Origin: an uncultured delta proteobacterium
GTDB taxonomy: Bacteria > Desulfobacterota > Binatia > UBA9968
DNA length: 64,000 bases
Assembly: GCA_963745835.1 (NCBI GenBank)
Contig: CAVUZH010000022.1
Coordinates: 96,001 to 160,000 of the forward strand
Reading direction: 5' to 3'
In this document: in pieces, positions 20,625-29,983 of the stretch
How positions within the stretch are numbered: position 1 is the first letter of the stretch
How the letters are laid out: each line of letters begins with the position of its first letter
The notes under the pieces: model-generated
The model's input: the letters and a program-made list of their open reading frames with translations, nothing else
Databases searched by the model: none
What the model was told of the DNA's origin: nothing
Program-made: the position numbers and the translations under genes

Positions 20625-21266
20625 ATGGCGAACGACCAAGCGATACGACGCTATCCCGTACCGGGCACGATCGTTAGAGAATGGATCATCCCTGCTAAAG
20701 AGTACTCTGCTTTTACGATGAGCCGCGGGCAGATTCTGCGGTTCGTGGATATCGAAGGCAAACAGGTGCCGGATCTGGTTTGCTTCAACAAATCGGATCT
20801 GACGGAAGACATCAACCTGGGCAACACTCTGCTACTGAACAAGCGGCGCGAGCTGCGCCAGGGAGACGTACTCTATTCGGTCATCTGCAGTCCGATGATG
20901 ACCATCTGTGGCTACTCCAACGAAGAAAGCTACGCCTACGGCCCCATGTGCAGCGAAGAGCTGAACCGCATCCGCTACGGCGTGCCCGGAACGCGCAACT
21001 GCCGTGACAACTTCGCCATGGCGCTCGCTCCCCACAAGTTCGACCGGCGACAAATTCCCAACGCCTTCGTCCCGTTCATGCGGGTGGAGGTCGAGGCTAA
21101 CGGATCGATGGAAATCAAAGAGCCGACCAGCCGCGCGGGCGACTTCTACGATCTCAGAGCAGAAATGGACCTGCTGGTGGCAGTGTCTAACTGCCCGCAG
21201 GAGCGCAACCCCTGCAACGGTTTCAATCCCACACCGACGGGCATCATCATCTATGAAGCCGGTTAG
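20625..21266 (+). CDS. Urea carboxylase-associated family protein (DUF1989)
   Basis: GQILRFVDIEGKQVPD, NCRDNF, LRAEMDLLVAVSNCPQ..NPCNG. Confidence 0.9.
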   Translation: MANDQAIRRYPVPGTIVREWIIPAKEYSAFTMSRGQILRFVDIEGKQVPDLVCFNKSDLTEDINLGNTLLLNKRRELRQGDVLYSVICSPMMTICGYSNEESYAYGPMCSEELNRIRYGVPGTRNCRDNFAMALAPHKFDRRQIPNAFVPFMRVEVEANGSMEIKEPTSRAGDFYDLRAEMDLLVAVSNCPQERNPCNGFNPTPTGIIIYEAG

Positions 21267-21300
21267 AGGCAAAGTACCGCATATCCCGTGTTAGGAGACA

Positions 21301-22332
21301 ATGATGAAACTCATTGGGGCGCAGCTAAAGACAGCCTCTTTACTGGCTTTGCTTAGTGCCATTGGCGGCCTGAGTTTCTCCCCGGTCTATCTGAGTGCCG
21401 CTGAGAAAGCCAAAGAGACTCCGGTTACCATCCGGCTCGATTTTATCGTCGGAGGAAACCATGCGCCGTGGTTCGTTGCCTGGGAGAAAGGCTTTTACGC
21501 CAAGCGCGGCCTGAATGTCACCATTCAGCCCGGAACAGGTTCAGCGGATACGATCCGCACTATAGCTGCGGGCGGGGCTGACGTTGGGTTCGCCAATGTT
21601 TCAACTGCCATAGTCGGCCGATCCCGAGGCGCGCCTATTGTCTCCGTTGCCCAGCTCGGCTACATAGCCGTCACGGTTCTCTGGCGCGACGAAACCGACA
21701 TTAAGTTTCTCAAAGATCTGGAGAGAAAATCTTGGGCCATTAGCCCTGGACAGGCGCAATGGTTTCTGCTGCCGGCGCTTGCCAGGATCAACAACTTAGA
21801 TTTCAAGTCGATCAAGATCGAGGAGACCGCACCGCCTCTTCAGCCGGCGGCTTTGCTTGCCAAGAAAGCGGACTTCATCACGATGTTCCGCGCCTCGAAC
21901 GATGAAGTGGCCGAGATGACTGCGGCTAAACAAGGGATTCGACTAAAACGAATCCACATGCGCGATGCCGGCCTCGATATCTACGGTAGCGCTCTCGTAG
22001 TCAAGGAAGAGGATATCAAACGCCGGCCCGAAATGATTCGCGCCTATGTCGAGGGAACCATGGAGGGTCTAAGATACACTCGCGATCACCAGGAAGAGGC
22101 GCTGAGAATCCTATTGAAGCTCAAACCAGAGCTGGATAAGGAGCTGACAAGACTACAAATCAAAAACGGGGTGGAGGAAGTATTCATTCCGGCGGAATCG
22201 CTGGCGTCGGGATACGGTTATATGAAGCCTGATGTGATGGAAAAGACTGTCAAGATCACCAACGAGTTTTTTGACGTCGCCGGAAAGGTCTCAACCGGCG
22301 GTGTTTACAGTAATCAGTTTATCGGAAAGTAA
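21301..22332 (+). CDS. NMT1/THI5-like ABC substrate-binding protein
   Basis: LDFIVGGNHAPWFVAWEKGFY, GTGS, YSNQF. Confidence 0.9.
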   Translation: MMKLIGAQLKTASLLALLSAIGGLSFSPVYLSAAEKAKETPVTIRLDFIVGGNHAPWFVAWEKGFYAKRGLNVTIQPGTGSADTIRTIAAGGADVGFANVSTAIVGRSRGAPIVSVAQLGYIAVTVLWRDETDIKFLKDLERKSWAISPGQAQWFLLPALARINNLDFKSIKIEETAPPLQPAALLAKKADFITMFRASNDEVAEMTAAKQGIRLKRIHMRDAGLDIYGSALVVKEEDIKRRPEMIRAYVEGTMEGLRYTRDHQEEALRILLKLKPELDKELTRLQIKNGVEEVFIPAESLASGYGYMKPDVMEKTVKITNEFFDVAGKVSTGGVYSNQFIGK

Positions 22333-22358
22333 GACGTGCGGGCATGCCAGCATTGCGC

Positions 22359-23297
22359 TCAACTCGCTTCCGCGACGCCGGCTGCGCGCCGGTAATGAGA
22401 TAGATCGATGTATTTCTCCACCGGCGGGAAAGGCGGCTGCAGATAGCCCATCTCAGCCCGTAACGTCAGAACAGCGGCCAGCCCGGGAATATTGAGTTTA
22501 GCATCGGGGTAGAGACCTCGGTCAGGCTCTAAAAGCGTTCCTAATGTATTTTCCGCCCGCTTCTCGTCGAGGCCGCTATGTTTTTTGAGCAGATCCAAAC
22601 AAGCGCGCCGATTCGACGGATTGAAACACCAGCGTGTCGCTGCCAGATAAGCTCTGATGTATCGCACTAAGACCTCGTTGTGATCTCTCGCCCAGGCCTT
22701 TCGCGCGGCGCCGCAGGTCGCTTGATAGACAGGTAGAATCTGGTCGCCGCGGGCCAAGAGATGACAGCCGGATGCCAAAGCATCCGCCACAAAAGGCGAG
22801 GTCAGCAAAGTCGCTGCGATTTGCTTATCCAGCAGAGCGCGGTAGCGGAACTCCCAACCACCGATCTCGACCAGGCTGTAATCCGCGAGTCCGAATCCCT
22901 TAGACCGAAGAAACTTTTCCAACAAGAAGACGAAACCCGTGCGTCTGGAATCCACGCCAAGTAATTTGCCCCGAAGAGACTCGACGTCAGGATATTCCGG
23001 CGCGGTAATCAGGCTTAAGAGACCGCTATGGAGTCCCATAAAGAGAAATAGATCGATTTCGCTATCGTGCTTATGAGGTTCGCTTTCAACCGCCGCCACA
23101 AGATCATCGGCTGCGGGGTGGGCTATTTCGCATTTGCCGGTCTGGAGCGATTCGATGAGGTAATCGGAACCAGGAGTGTAGGCGATCTCAACTTCAAGAT
23201 CATGCGTGGCAAAGATGCCGTGCTCTACCGCCGCGTGAACCGGCAGATTATAGCCGGCGCGAAACTGAAGCAGTCGCAGATGGTCCAATCCTGCCAT
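22359..23297 (-). CDS. NMT1-like substrate-binding protein, no obvious signal peptide
   Basis: GIFATHDLEVEI, LRGKLLGVD, KYIDLSHY; ATG 23297 after GAGGA. Confidence 0.8.
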   Translation of the reverse strand: MAGLDHLRLLQFRAGYNLPVHAAVEHGIFATHDLEVEIAYTPGSDYLIESLQTGKCEIAHPAADDLVAAVESEPHKHDSEIDLFLFMGLHSGLLSLITAPEYPDVESLRGKLLGVDSRRTGFVFLLEKFLRSKGFGLADYSLVEIGGWEFRYRALLDKQIAATLLTSPFVADALASGCHLLARGDQILPVYQATCGAARKAWARDHNEVLVRYIRAYLAATRWCFNPSNRRACLDLLKKHSGLDEKRAENTLGTLLEPDRGLYPDAKLNIPGLAAVLTLRAEMGYLQPPFPPVEKYIDLSHYRRAAGVAEAS

Positions 23298-23323
23298 TGA
23301 ATCCTCCGTCCTCAGTCGTATCA

Positions 23324-23487
23324 CAGGTTGCTGAAAAAGATCACAACTATGCTTAGAACAGTTAACCTAACCTAAAGCCTAACGCGATTACTGATGCTCA
23401 TTCGAAATCGATTGTGACTGCCGCTTGGCTGACTCGTGACGATAATTCGGCGCGGCCTCATCGCGCTGGATCTTTTTGAGCAACCTG
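23324..23487. mobile_element. MITE-like element with 19-bp terminal inverted repeats
   Basis: CAGGTTGCTGAAAAAGATC ... GATCTTTTTGAGCAACCTG (18/19 match), no ORF. Confidence 0.75.
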
Positions 23488-23934
23488 CAAATAGGGCGAC
23501 GGTTTCAATTCGCACCCCATTTGCTTCATGCTTCCAGGAAAAACAAAGATAGAGTGTTGCCCCAGGAGTGCGCCTCGGATGGGAGCGGGCACATGAACGT
23601 AAAGCTGCGCCGAGGTGGAATCGACTTGGCAAGAAGTTTAATCGGGGTTCTCAACTCCTACTCGTACACGTAACACACTTAGGTTTGAAGGCCATCCTCA
23701 AAGTACAAAGGGCCAATGCTCGCGACTGGAGAGGATCGCTCCTCGGGCGCTCTTTGTGAAAAACTCACCCTTGCCGCAATCCGCTTTATCCTTGACACAA
23801 TTAGTACCTTTCGATAATCAAAACCCCAGCGTAGGTCCGTATCGGTGCGAGACCGTTCGTCGGCCGGGCGCACAGCAAAAAGCAAACGGTTGTAACGATA
23901 TTCCGCCGGCTCCTGAAGTCGTTTAGCGGTAAAA

Positions 23935-24720
23935 ATGGAGAACCGTCCGTCTAACGGTACGCCTTCCATCAAATGGTCGGCGCTATTTTTCCTCTCTATT
24001 CTAGTTCTCTGGCAGTTAACTCTCCCGCTGCTGAACATCCCGTCGTATCTACTTCCAACGCCATTGGAAATCTTCGCCGAATTTCAAAAGCGCGGCGGTT
24101 TTATTTTCGCGCACTTTCTACCAACTTTTTACGAGACCATGCTAGGTTTTTTGATTGGCGCATTGGTCGGAGTCGTCTCCGCCCTGGGGATAGTCTACTC
24201 GAGAATACTCTGGATCACGATCTATCCATCGCTGGTCGTTATTGGGTCCGTGCCGCGAATTGCCATCGCTCCGCTCATTTTGATTTGGCTCGGCATCGAC
24301 TCCATTTGGTCCAAGGTCACCATTGCCTTTCTCGTGGCCTTTTTCCCCATGGTGGTCAATTCCGTCGTGGGATTTTCACAGATTGAAGGCGATATGTTGG
24401 ACCTGGCCAAGACCATGGGAATGAAACCTTGGACTGAGTTCAGAAAGATTCGTCTGCCAAACTCGATTCCTTATCTATTTGCCGGCTTCAAAGCCTCCAT
24501 TGCTCTAGCGGTGATCGGCGCCGTGGTCGCCGAGTTCGTCTCAGGCCAACAAGGTCTCGGCTATGTGATCATCATCGGCAACAACAACCTCAATGCCGCG
24601 CTCATATTCGCGGCGATCACGCTCCTTTCGATCATGTCGCTGGGCCTCTTCGGAATCATCGTCGGTCTGGAAAAGGTGCTCATGCCCTGGCGCCGCGGCA
24701 TCTATCCGACAGAACTTTGA
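23935..24720 (+). CDS. ABC transporter permease (SsuC/TauC type)
   Basis: LLPTP, FFPMVVN, LAKTMG...IRLPNSIPYLFAG, AVVAEF. Confidence 0.92.
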   Translation: MENRPSNGTPSIKWSALFFLSILVLWQLTLPLLNIPSYLLPTPLEIFAEFQKRGGFIFAHFLPTFYETMLGFLIGALVGVVSALGIVYSRILWITIYPSLVVIGSVPRIAIAPLILIWLGIDSIWSKVTIAFLVAFFPMVVNSVVGFSQIEGDMLDLAKTMGMKPWTEFRKIRLPNSIPYLFAGFKASIALAVIGAVVAEFVSGQQGLGYVIIIGNNNLNAALIFAAITLLSIMSLGLFGIIVGLEKVLMPWRRGIYPTEL

Positions 24721-24762
24721 GCGGCTCTCAATCGAAGTAGAACCTGAACACGGAGGACAATC

Positions 24763-25776
24763 ATGAAAACAAAAATGATAACCCTGGCAGCGGTGTTTCT
24801 GCTCAGCGGGAGCATTGTTTTCGGCAATGGTTCCACGGCCATGGCGGCGGACGCGATAAAGGTTCAGTTGGATTGGATCATCGAAGGAAAGCACGTGCCT
24901 TTCTACGTGGCGCGTGACAGGGGTTTTTTTAAAAAGAATAATCTCGAGGCGACCCTGCTCGAGGGCAAAGGCTCGGCCAACTCTGCGACCTTTGTCGACG
25001 TGGGTCAGGCCGATTACAGTTACGGCGACCTTCTCACCGCGGTCCAAGTCATGTCCAAGGGCGCGAAGAATCGCGCCATCGGCATCGGCATGGCGTTCAA
25101 CGGAGGCGGGCTGATTTTCTTGGAAAGCTCGAAAATCAAAACCGCCAAAGATCTCGAAGGCAAAAGTTTCGGCACTAACCCGAGCGATTTCGCCTATGTC
25201 CTGCTGCCCGCCGTTGCCGGCGCCGCGAAATTTGATGCTGGCAAAGTCGTCATCAAGACCATGGAACCCGCTGTACGCACGCCCGCCTTATTCGAAGGAA
25301 AAATAGATTTCATGTCGGGGACCAATGGTTCGAGTATTCAAAGGATGGCGATTCTGGGAAAGAAGCAGGGAAAACAAATCAAGTACCTGTTCTTTAAAGA
25401 CATGGGGCTGGAGACTTACGGCCATGTGCTGCAGGTCCGTGAGGATCGCATCAAAAACAATCCGGATCAGGTCAAAAGGTTTGTCTCGGCGGTTTTCGAC
25501 GCCTGGGCATGGTCGCTTAAAAATCCCAAGGAAGCCTTTGAGATCTTCATGAAGGCCAATCCGCAAAATGATCGCGATATAAGCTTGGCCCAAATGGAAG
25601 CCGGACTCGATGACGTCGTCGACCCGGAGACCAAAGAGCGCGGGCTTGGCTTCATGACAGACGCGATGATGAAAAAGTCGGTCGATATCGCAAACAAATA
25701 CTTTGAGTTGTCGCCGGCGGTTGACTACAAATCGACGTACACGAATCAATTCATTGGGAAAAATCCCGGCATGTAG
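24763..25776 (+). CDS. NMT1/THI5-like ABC substrate-binding protein
   Basis: LDWIIEGKHVPFYVARDRGFF, EGKGS, YTNQF. Confidence 0.92.
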   Translation: MKTKMITLAAVFLLSGSIVFGNGSTAMAADAIKVQLDWIIEGKHVPFYVARDRGFFKKNNLEATLLEGKGSANSATFVDVGQADYSYGDLLTAVQVMSKGAKNRAIGIGMAFNGGGLIFLESSKIKTAKDLEGKSFGTNPSDFAYVLLPAVAGAAKFDAGKVVIKTMEPAVRTPALFEGKIDFMSGTNGSSIQRMAILGKKQGKQIKYLFFKDMGLETYGHVLQVREDRIKNNPDQVKRFVSAVFDAWAWSLKNPKEAFEIFMKANPQNDRDISLAQMEAGLDDVVDPETKERGLGFMTDAMMKKSVDIANKYFELSPAVDYKSTYTNQFIGKNPGM

Positions 25777-25784
25777 GAACCGGA

Positions 25785-26543
25785 TTGGCCAGCCTCATCG
25801 AATACGAGCGAGTCCGCAAGATTTACAACTCAGGCAACGATGAGGTGATCGCGCTTGAAGAAGTTTCCTTTGGCGTGGAGCCGGAAGAATTCGTTACGGT
25901 GGTTGGGCGCAGCGGGTGTGGTAAAAGCACACTGCTTAAGATCACCGCAGGACTTTTGCCCGCAACCGGCGGAGAGGTTCGCGTCGCCGGCATTGCCGTC
26001 AAAAGTCCGCTGACCAACATCGGCGTCGTCTTCCAATCGCCGGTTCTGTTGGCGTGGCGCAAAGCCCTCGATAACGTGCTGCTGCAAATTGAAGCGCGGG
26101 GCTTGGACGTTGATGCCTACAGAGAAAGAGCGCTCGAGCTTTTGGAACTTACCGGATTGCGCGGTTTCGAGAACAAGTATCCCAATGAGCTTTCAGGCGG
26201 CATGCAGCAGCGGGTCTCGATCAGCCGCGCTCTCATCCACGAGCCGCCGTTGCTGCTGATGGACGAGCCGTTCGGCGCGCTCGATGCCATTACTCGTGAC
26301 GAGATGAATCTGGAACTGCTGAGGATCTGGAGCGAGTCAAAGAAGACCGTGCTTTTTATCACGCACAGCATTCCCGAAGCCGTCTTTCTGGGGGATCGCG
26401 TAGTAGTGATGACGCCGCGCCCGGGCAAAGTCGCTGACATTATGACTATCGACTTGCCGCGCCCCCGCACCACGGCTTTGCGCGACGATCAAAAATTCAT
26501 CGGTTATGTGAGAAAAATCCGCGAGCGTCTCGGCGTGCAATGA
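25785..26543 (+). CDS. ABC transporter ATP-binding protein (SsuB/TauB type)
   Basis: GRSGCGKST, LSGGMQQR, LLMDEPF; TTG start. Confidence 0.95.
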   Translation: MASLIEYERVRKIYNSGNDEVIALEEVSFGVEPEEFVTVVGRSGCGKSTLLKITAGLLPATGGEVRVAGIAVKSPLTNIGVVFQSPVLLAWRKALDNVLLQIEARGLDVDAYRERALELLELTGLRGFENKYPNELSGGMQQRVSISRALIHEPPLLLMDEPFGALDAITRDEMNLELLRIWSESKKTVLFITHSIPEAVFLGDRVVVMTPRPGKVADIMTIDLPRPRTTALRDDQKFIGYVRKIRERLGVQ

Positions 26544-26570
26544 TTCGAAAGGAGCGACGGCCGCCTGCAG

Positions 26571-26615
26571 AGTTCAATTCGTTCAAGTAGTTTAAATCGT
26601 TCAACACGTTTTGAA
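26571..26615. repeat. 9-nt tandem GTTCAA-type repeat, copy D
   Basis: GTTCAATTC GTTCAAGTA GTTTAAATC GTTCAACAC GTTTTGAAT. Confidence 0.65.
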
Positions 26616-26909
26616 TCGGATTCCGCAATAGAGATTGACATCGTCTGCTCATCAAGGGGTGAGCCTGGAGGAGCGCAGGCACAGAAGCGAACACTTTCAA
26701 TTTATTTCTGGTGTTTGGCTGATCGCCGCTATTTTTTTTGAGGCGGCCACTGCAAAATGGAGACTGCGGATGAGCCACAGACTCATTGCCTCCGTTCCGG
26801 AACGCTCATCCCTTGATGCTGCGTCGCTTTGAACTGAGGAAATCCGACTTGATTCGTACAAGTCGTGCAAAATGTTTTTGAACGCGGATTGCGCAAGGTG
26901 GAGCGAAGA

Positions 26910-27100
26910 GGCAACCCTTCCGGCCGCAGGTGATGGGCCTCTGACTCCAAGGCCGCCCGCACCCCCACAAGGGTGCTCATTCCAACTGTCAGGACCTGGC
27001 ATCACCGCACGATCTCACGCCTGCGGCCTCCAGGCTCGCCCCTTCGCTCATCGAAGCTCACCCGTGGAGCAGTCCCCGTGTCATGGCTTCTACTCGGAGC
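26910..27100 (-). ncRNA. Candidate structured non-coding RNA (possibly IS110 non-coding end)
   Basis: Nested stems 26922-28/27022-28, 26929-35/27000-06, 26941-45/26988-92, 26959-64/26971-76; strand assignment is tentative. Confidence 0.45.
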
Positions 27101-27118
27101 ATCAGTAAAGCGGGTCGG

Positions 27119-29455
27119 TTAGCGGGATCGGCCAGCGATCCAGGCGCGAATGCGGTCAGGGGTGAGAGGGAGAGCTTTCACCTGAACTCCAAAATCACTG
27201 AGAGCGTGAGAAAGCGCGTTGGCGAGCGCTGCGCCGGTGCCGACGATTCCGCCCTCGCCGGCGCCTTTGACGCCGAGCGGGTTGAGCGGCGAGGGCGCCT
27301 CTTCGAGTATCACGCTGCCAATGTCGGGGACATCCGTGCTCGTGGGCAGTAGATAATCCATCAGACTACCGGTCAAGAGCTGGCCATTGTCATCGTAAAT
27401 CAGTTCTTCCAACATCGTGCCGCCGATGCCCTGGACCGCCGAGCCGATGGTTTGGCCGTGAACCAATAGCGGATTGATGCAGCGCCCGACATCCTCAACG
27501 ACGAGATACTTGAGAATTTCCATCAAGCCGGTCTCGGCATCCACCGCCACATGGGCCAGATGAACCCCATAGGAGTAGGTCATCTGGCTCGAATGGAAAT
27601 AGGCGGTCTCTTCCAATTCGGGAAGTCCCTGATTGAGGGTTCCGGAGTGGCGTACTTGGGCGGCAATCTCGTTCAGATCTACTGGCGGCGCTTCGGTGCT
27701 CGTCCGGTAGATTTTTCCATCGCGCAATTCCAGTGTGCTCGCTTCGTCGCCGAGTTGTTCCGCCGCAACTCCGAGAAGCTTCTGCTTGAGCTTCTGCCCC
27801 GCGAGATGAACCGCGCTGCCGCACATGACAGTTCCCCGGCTGGCGAAGGTGCCCCAACCGAAGGGACTCGTGTCCGTATCGCCGTGATAAACAGTGATCC
27901 AGTCCATCGGCACACCCAACGCATCGGCGCAGATCTGTGCCATGCCAGTTTCGTGACCCTGGCCCAAAACCGAGATGCTGAGATAGACGGCGACATCGTT
28001 GCGGTCGCCGATGACGATGCGCGCGCCCTCATAAGGTTCCAGGCCGCCGGTGTTCTTGACGAAGCAGGCAATGCCGGTGCCGTGATATCTGCCATTTTCA
28101 AGACGACCTTGAAGCGGCTGCAATTTTTCATAGCCGAATTCAGCGAGGCCGCGCTTGAGCGCGCTCGGATAATCGCCGCTATCAAGAACCGTGGGACCGG
28201 ACCCCGGCCGGGTAACCCCTACTTCGTAAGGTATCTCCTCTGGCCGGATGAGGTTCTTGAAGCGTAGCTCCACCGGATCGATTCCCAAATCTTTTGCCAT
28301 CAAATCGAGCATGCGTTCCCGGTAGAAACACGATTCGTAGCGGCCCGGAGCGCGAAAGGTTCCGAGGCCGGTCTTGTTGGTAACCACTAAATGGATCTTG
28401 GCGTGATAATTTGGTATTCGATAAGGTCCGGTTAATAATGCCGCCGTCGAACAGGGCACCAATCCGCCATGGGTCCGCACATAGGCGCCCATGTCGCCGT
28501 AAACGATCGCGCGAAAGCCGAGGATCGTGCCGTCCTCGCGCGCGGCGACCTCGAGCTTGCAACGATTTTCCCGCGAATGATTCGCCGCCATCAGATGCTC
28601 GCGTCGATCTTCAATCCATTTGACCGGCTGTCCCAGTTTTACAGCGGCAAACGGAATCAAAAAATCTTCCGGATAAAGCTCTCCGCGGATGCCGAAGCCG
28701 CCGCCGACATCGTTTTCAATGAAGTGCAGTTTACGTTCGGGAAGTTTAAGAAACGCGGCGATGGTCTGCCGGTTGAGATGCGGCAACTTGGTGACGCCCC
28801 AAACGGTCAGCTCCCCCTTGCCTCGGTCGAAAGCGGCAACGAACCCCCTGGTTTCCATCGGATTGCCGGTGAAGCGATGAACGCGAAACTCCTCCCGGCG
28901 GGTGTATGGAGCCTCCCGGAACGCACGCTCCACATCGCCAATGGTAAATTCATGGACAGCGGCGAGATTGGTTCGGGCTTCGTCGTTAACTAGAACTTCA
29001 TCTTTAAGCGCTTCGTAAACATCAACTACCGCGGGCAAATCTTCGTACTCAACTTCGATGGCATCGAGGGCATCCTCGGCAAGGTATCGGCTCTCCGCGA
29101 TCGCCAGGGCCAGCGGCTCGCCGACATAGCGGACCTTATCGTGCGCGAGAAGAGGCTGCAGGTGGCGTTCCAGTCCGGCGAGCTGATACATCCGAATAGG
29201 CACGGGGACCGCCAAATTTCCGAGATCTTGGAACGTGAACACTTTAATCACACCGGGAAGCTGCAAAGCTTTCGACGTGTCCATGGAACAGATTCTTGCG
29301 TGGGCTCGCGGACTGCGCAGGATGGCCGCGTGGAGCATGTTGGGAAGCTTGATATCGTCGACGTAGGTCGCCGCCCCGGTAATGAAGCGAACGTCTTCGC
29401 GCCGTTTGATCGGCATACCCACGTAACCTTGAGCGGTCTTACTGATGGGTTCCAT
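27119..29455 (-). CDS. Xanthine dehydrogenase-family molybdopterin-binding subunit (CoxL-like, not form I CODH)
   Basis: RREDVRFITGAATYVDD, DVGGGFG, FRAPG, GQGHET, GTFASRG, GVKGAGEGG. Confidence 0.95.
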   Translation of the reverse strand: MEPISKTAQGYVGMPIKRREDVRFITGAATYVDDIKLPNMLHAAILRSPRAHARICSMDTSKALQLPGVIKVFTFQDLGNLAVPVPIRMYQLAGLERHLQPLLAHDKVRYVGEPLALAIAESRYLAEDALDAIEVEYEDLPAVVDVYEALKDEVLVNDEARTNLAAVHEFTIGDVERAFREAPYTRREEFRVHRFTGNPMETRGFVAAFDRGKGELTVWGVTKLPHLNRQTIAAFLKLPERKLHFIENDVGGGFGIRGELYPEDFLIPFAAVKLGQPVKWIEDRREHLMAANHSRENRCKLEVAAREDGTILGFRAIVYGDMGAYVRTHGGLVPCSTAALLTGPYRIPNYHAKIHLVVTNKTGLGTFRAPGRYESCFYRERMLDLMAKDLGIDPVELRFKNLIRPEEIPYEVGVTRPGSGPTVLDSGDYPSALKRGLAEFGYEKLQPLQGRLENGRYHGTGIACFVKNTGGLEPYEGARIVIGDRNDVAVYLSISVLGQGHETGMAQICADALGVPMDWITVYHGDTDTSPFGWGTFASRGTVMCGSAVHLAGQKLKQKLLGVAAEQLGDEASTLELRDGKIYRTSTEAPPVDLNEIAAQVRHSGTLNQGLPELEETAYFHSSQMTYSYGVHLAHVAVDAETGLMEILKYLVVEDVGRCINPLLVHGQTIGSAVQGIGGTMLEELIYDDNGQLLTGSLMDYLLPTSTDVPDIGSVILEEAPSPLNPLGVKGAGEGGIVGTGAALANALSHALSDFGVQVKALPLTPDRIRAWIAGRSR

Positions 29456-29983
29456 CTATAACGGTGGCTCGTTCGATTTTCTTTGCAATTCAGAGGACGC
29501 CTCCAGGATTGCATCGATTATCGGTTGATAGCCGGTGCAGCGGCAGATGTTGCCTGAAATGGCGTCGCGCACATCTTCCCGGGTCGGCATCGGATTGTCT
29601 TTCAAAAAGGCCGATGCCGTCATCAGAAAACCGGGTGTGCAGAAGCCGCACTGAAGCGCGTGCCGATTCTGGAAGGCTCGTTGTAAAGGATGCAGCTCAT
29701 CACCTTGGGCGAGGCTCTCGACAGTGCGCAACTCGGCGCCGCCGGCTTGCACCGCGAGTATGAGGCAGGAACGCACTGCTTCACCGTTCATGAGGATCGT
29801 GCAGGCGCCGCATACGCCATGCTCGCAGCCGAGATGAGTGCCGGTGAGATCCAGCTCCTGTCGGATGAAATCCGCCAACGTCATCCTTACTTCGACCAGA
29901 CGTTCATAGGTTCGTCCGTTGGCCGTAACTTTGATGAGTTGCTTTGCGCTCAATCGCTCACCGTATCTTTTGCCTTGGACCAT
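29456..29983 (-). CDS. (2Fe-2S)-binding subunit (CoxS-like)
   Basis: GCEHGVCGACT, QCGFCTPG, NICRCTGY; start could be TTG near 29953. Confidence 0.95.
   Translation of the reverse strand: MVQGKRYGERLSAKQLIKVTANGRTYERLVEVRMTLADFIRQELDLTGTHLGCEHGVCGACTILMNGEAVRSCLILAVQAGGAELRTVESLAQGDELHPLQRAFQNRHALQCGFCTPGFLMTASAFLKDNPMPTREDVRDAISGNICRCTGYQPIIDAILEASSELQRKSNEPPL

Noticed and set aside
23704-23890. ZTP or other riboswitch upstream of the ABC operon (CGCGACTGG)
   Set aside because: Remaining conserved elements not found; the nearby TTGACA/GATAAT pair has only a 15-nt spacer
27495-29514. Many long antisense and alternate-frame ORFs here and elsewhere
   Set aside because: Shadows of GC-rich genes with clear family motifs on the other frame or strand
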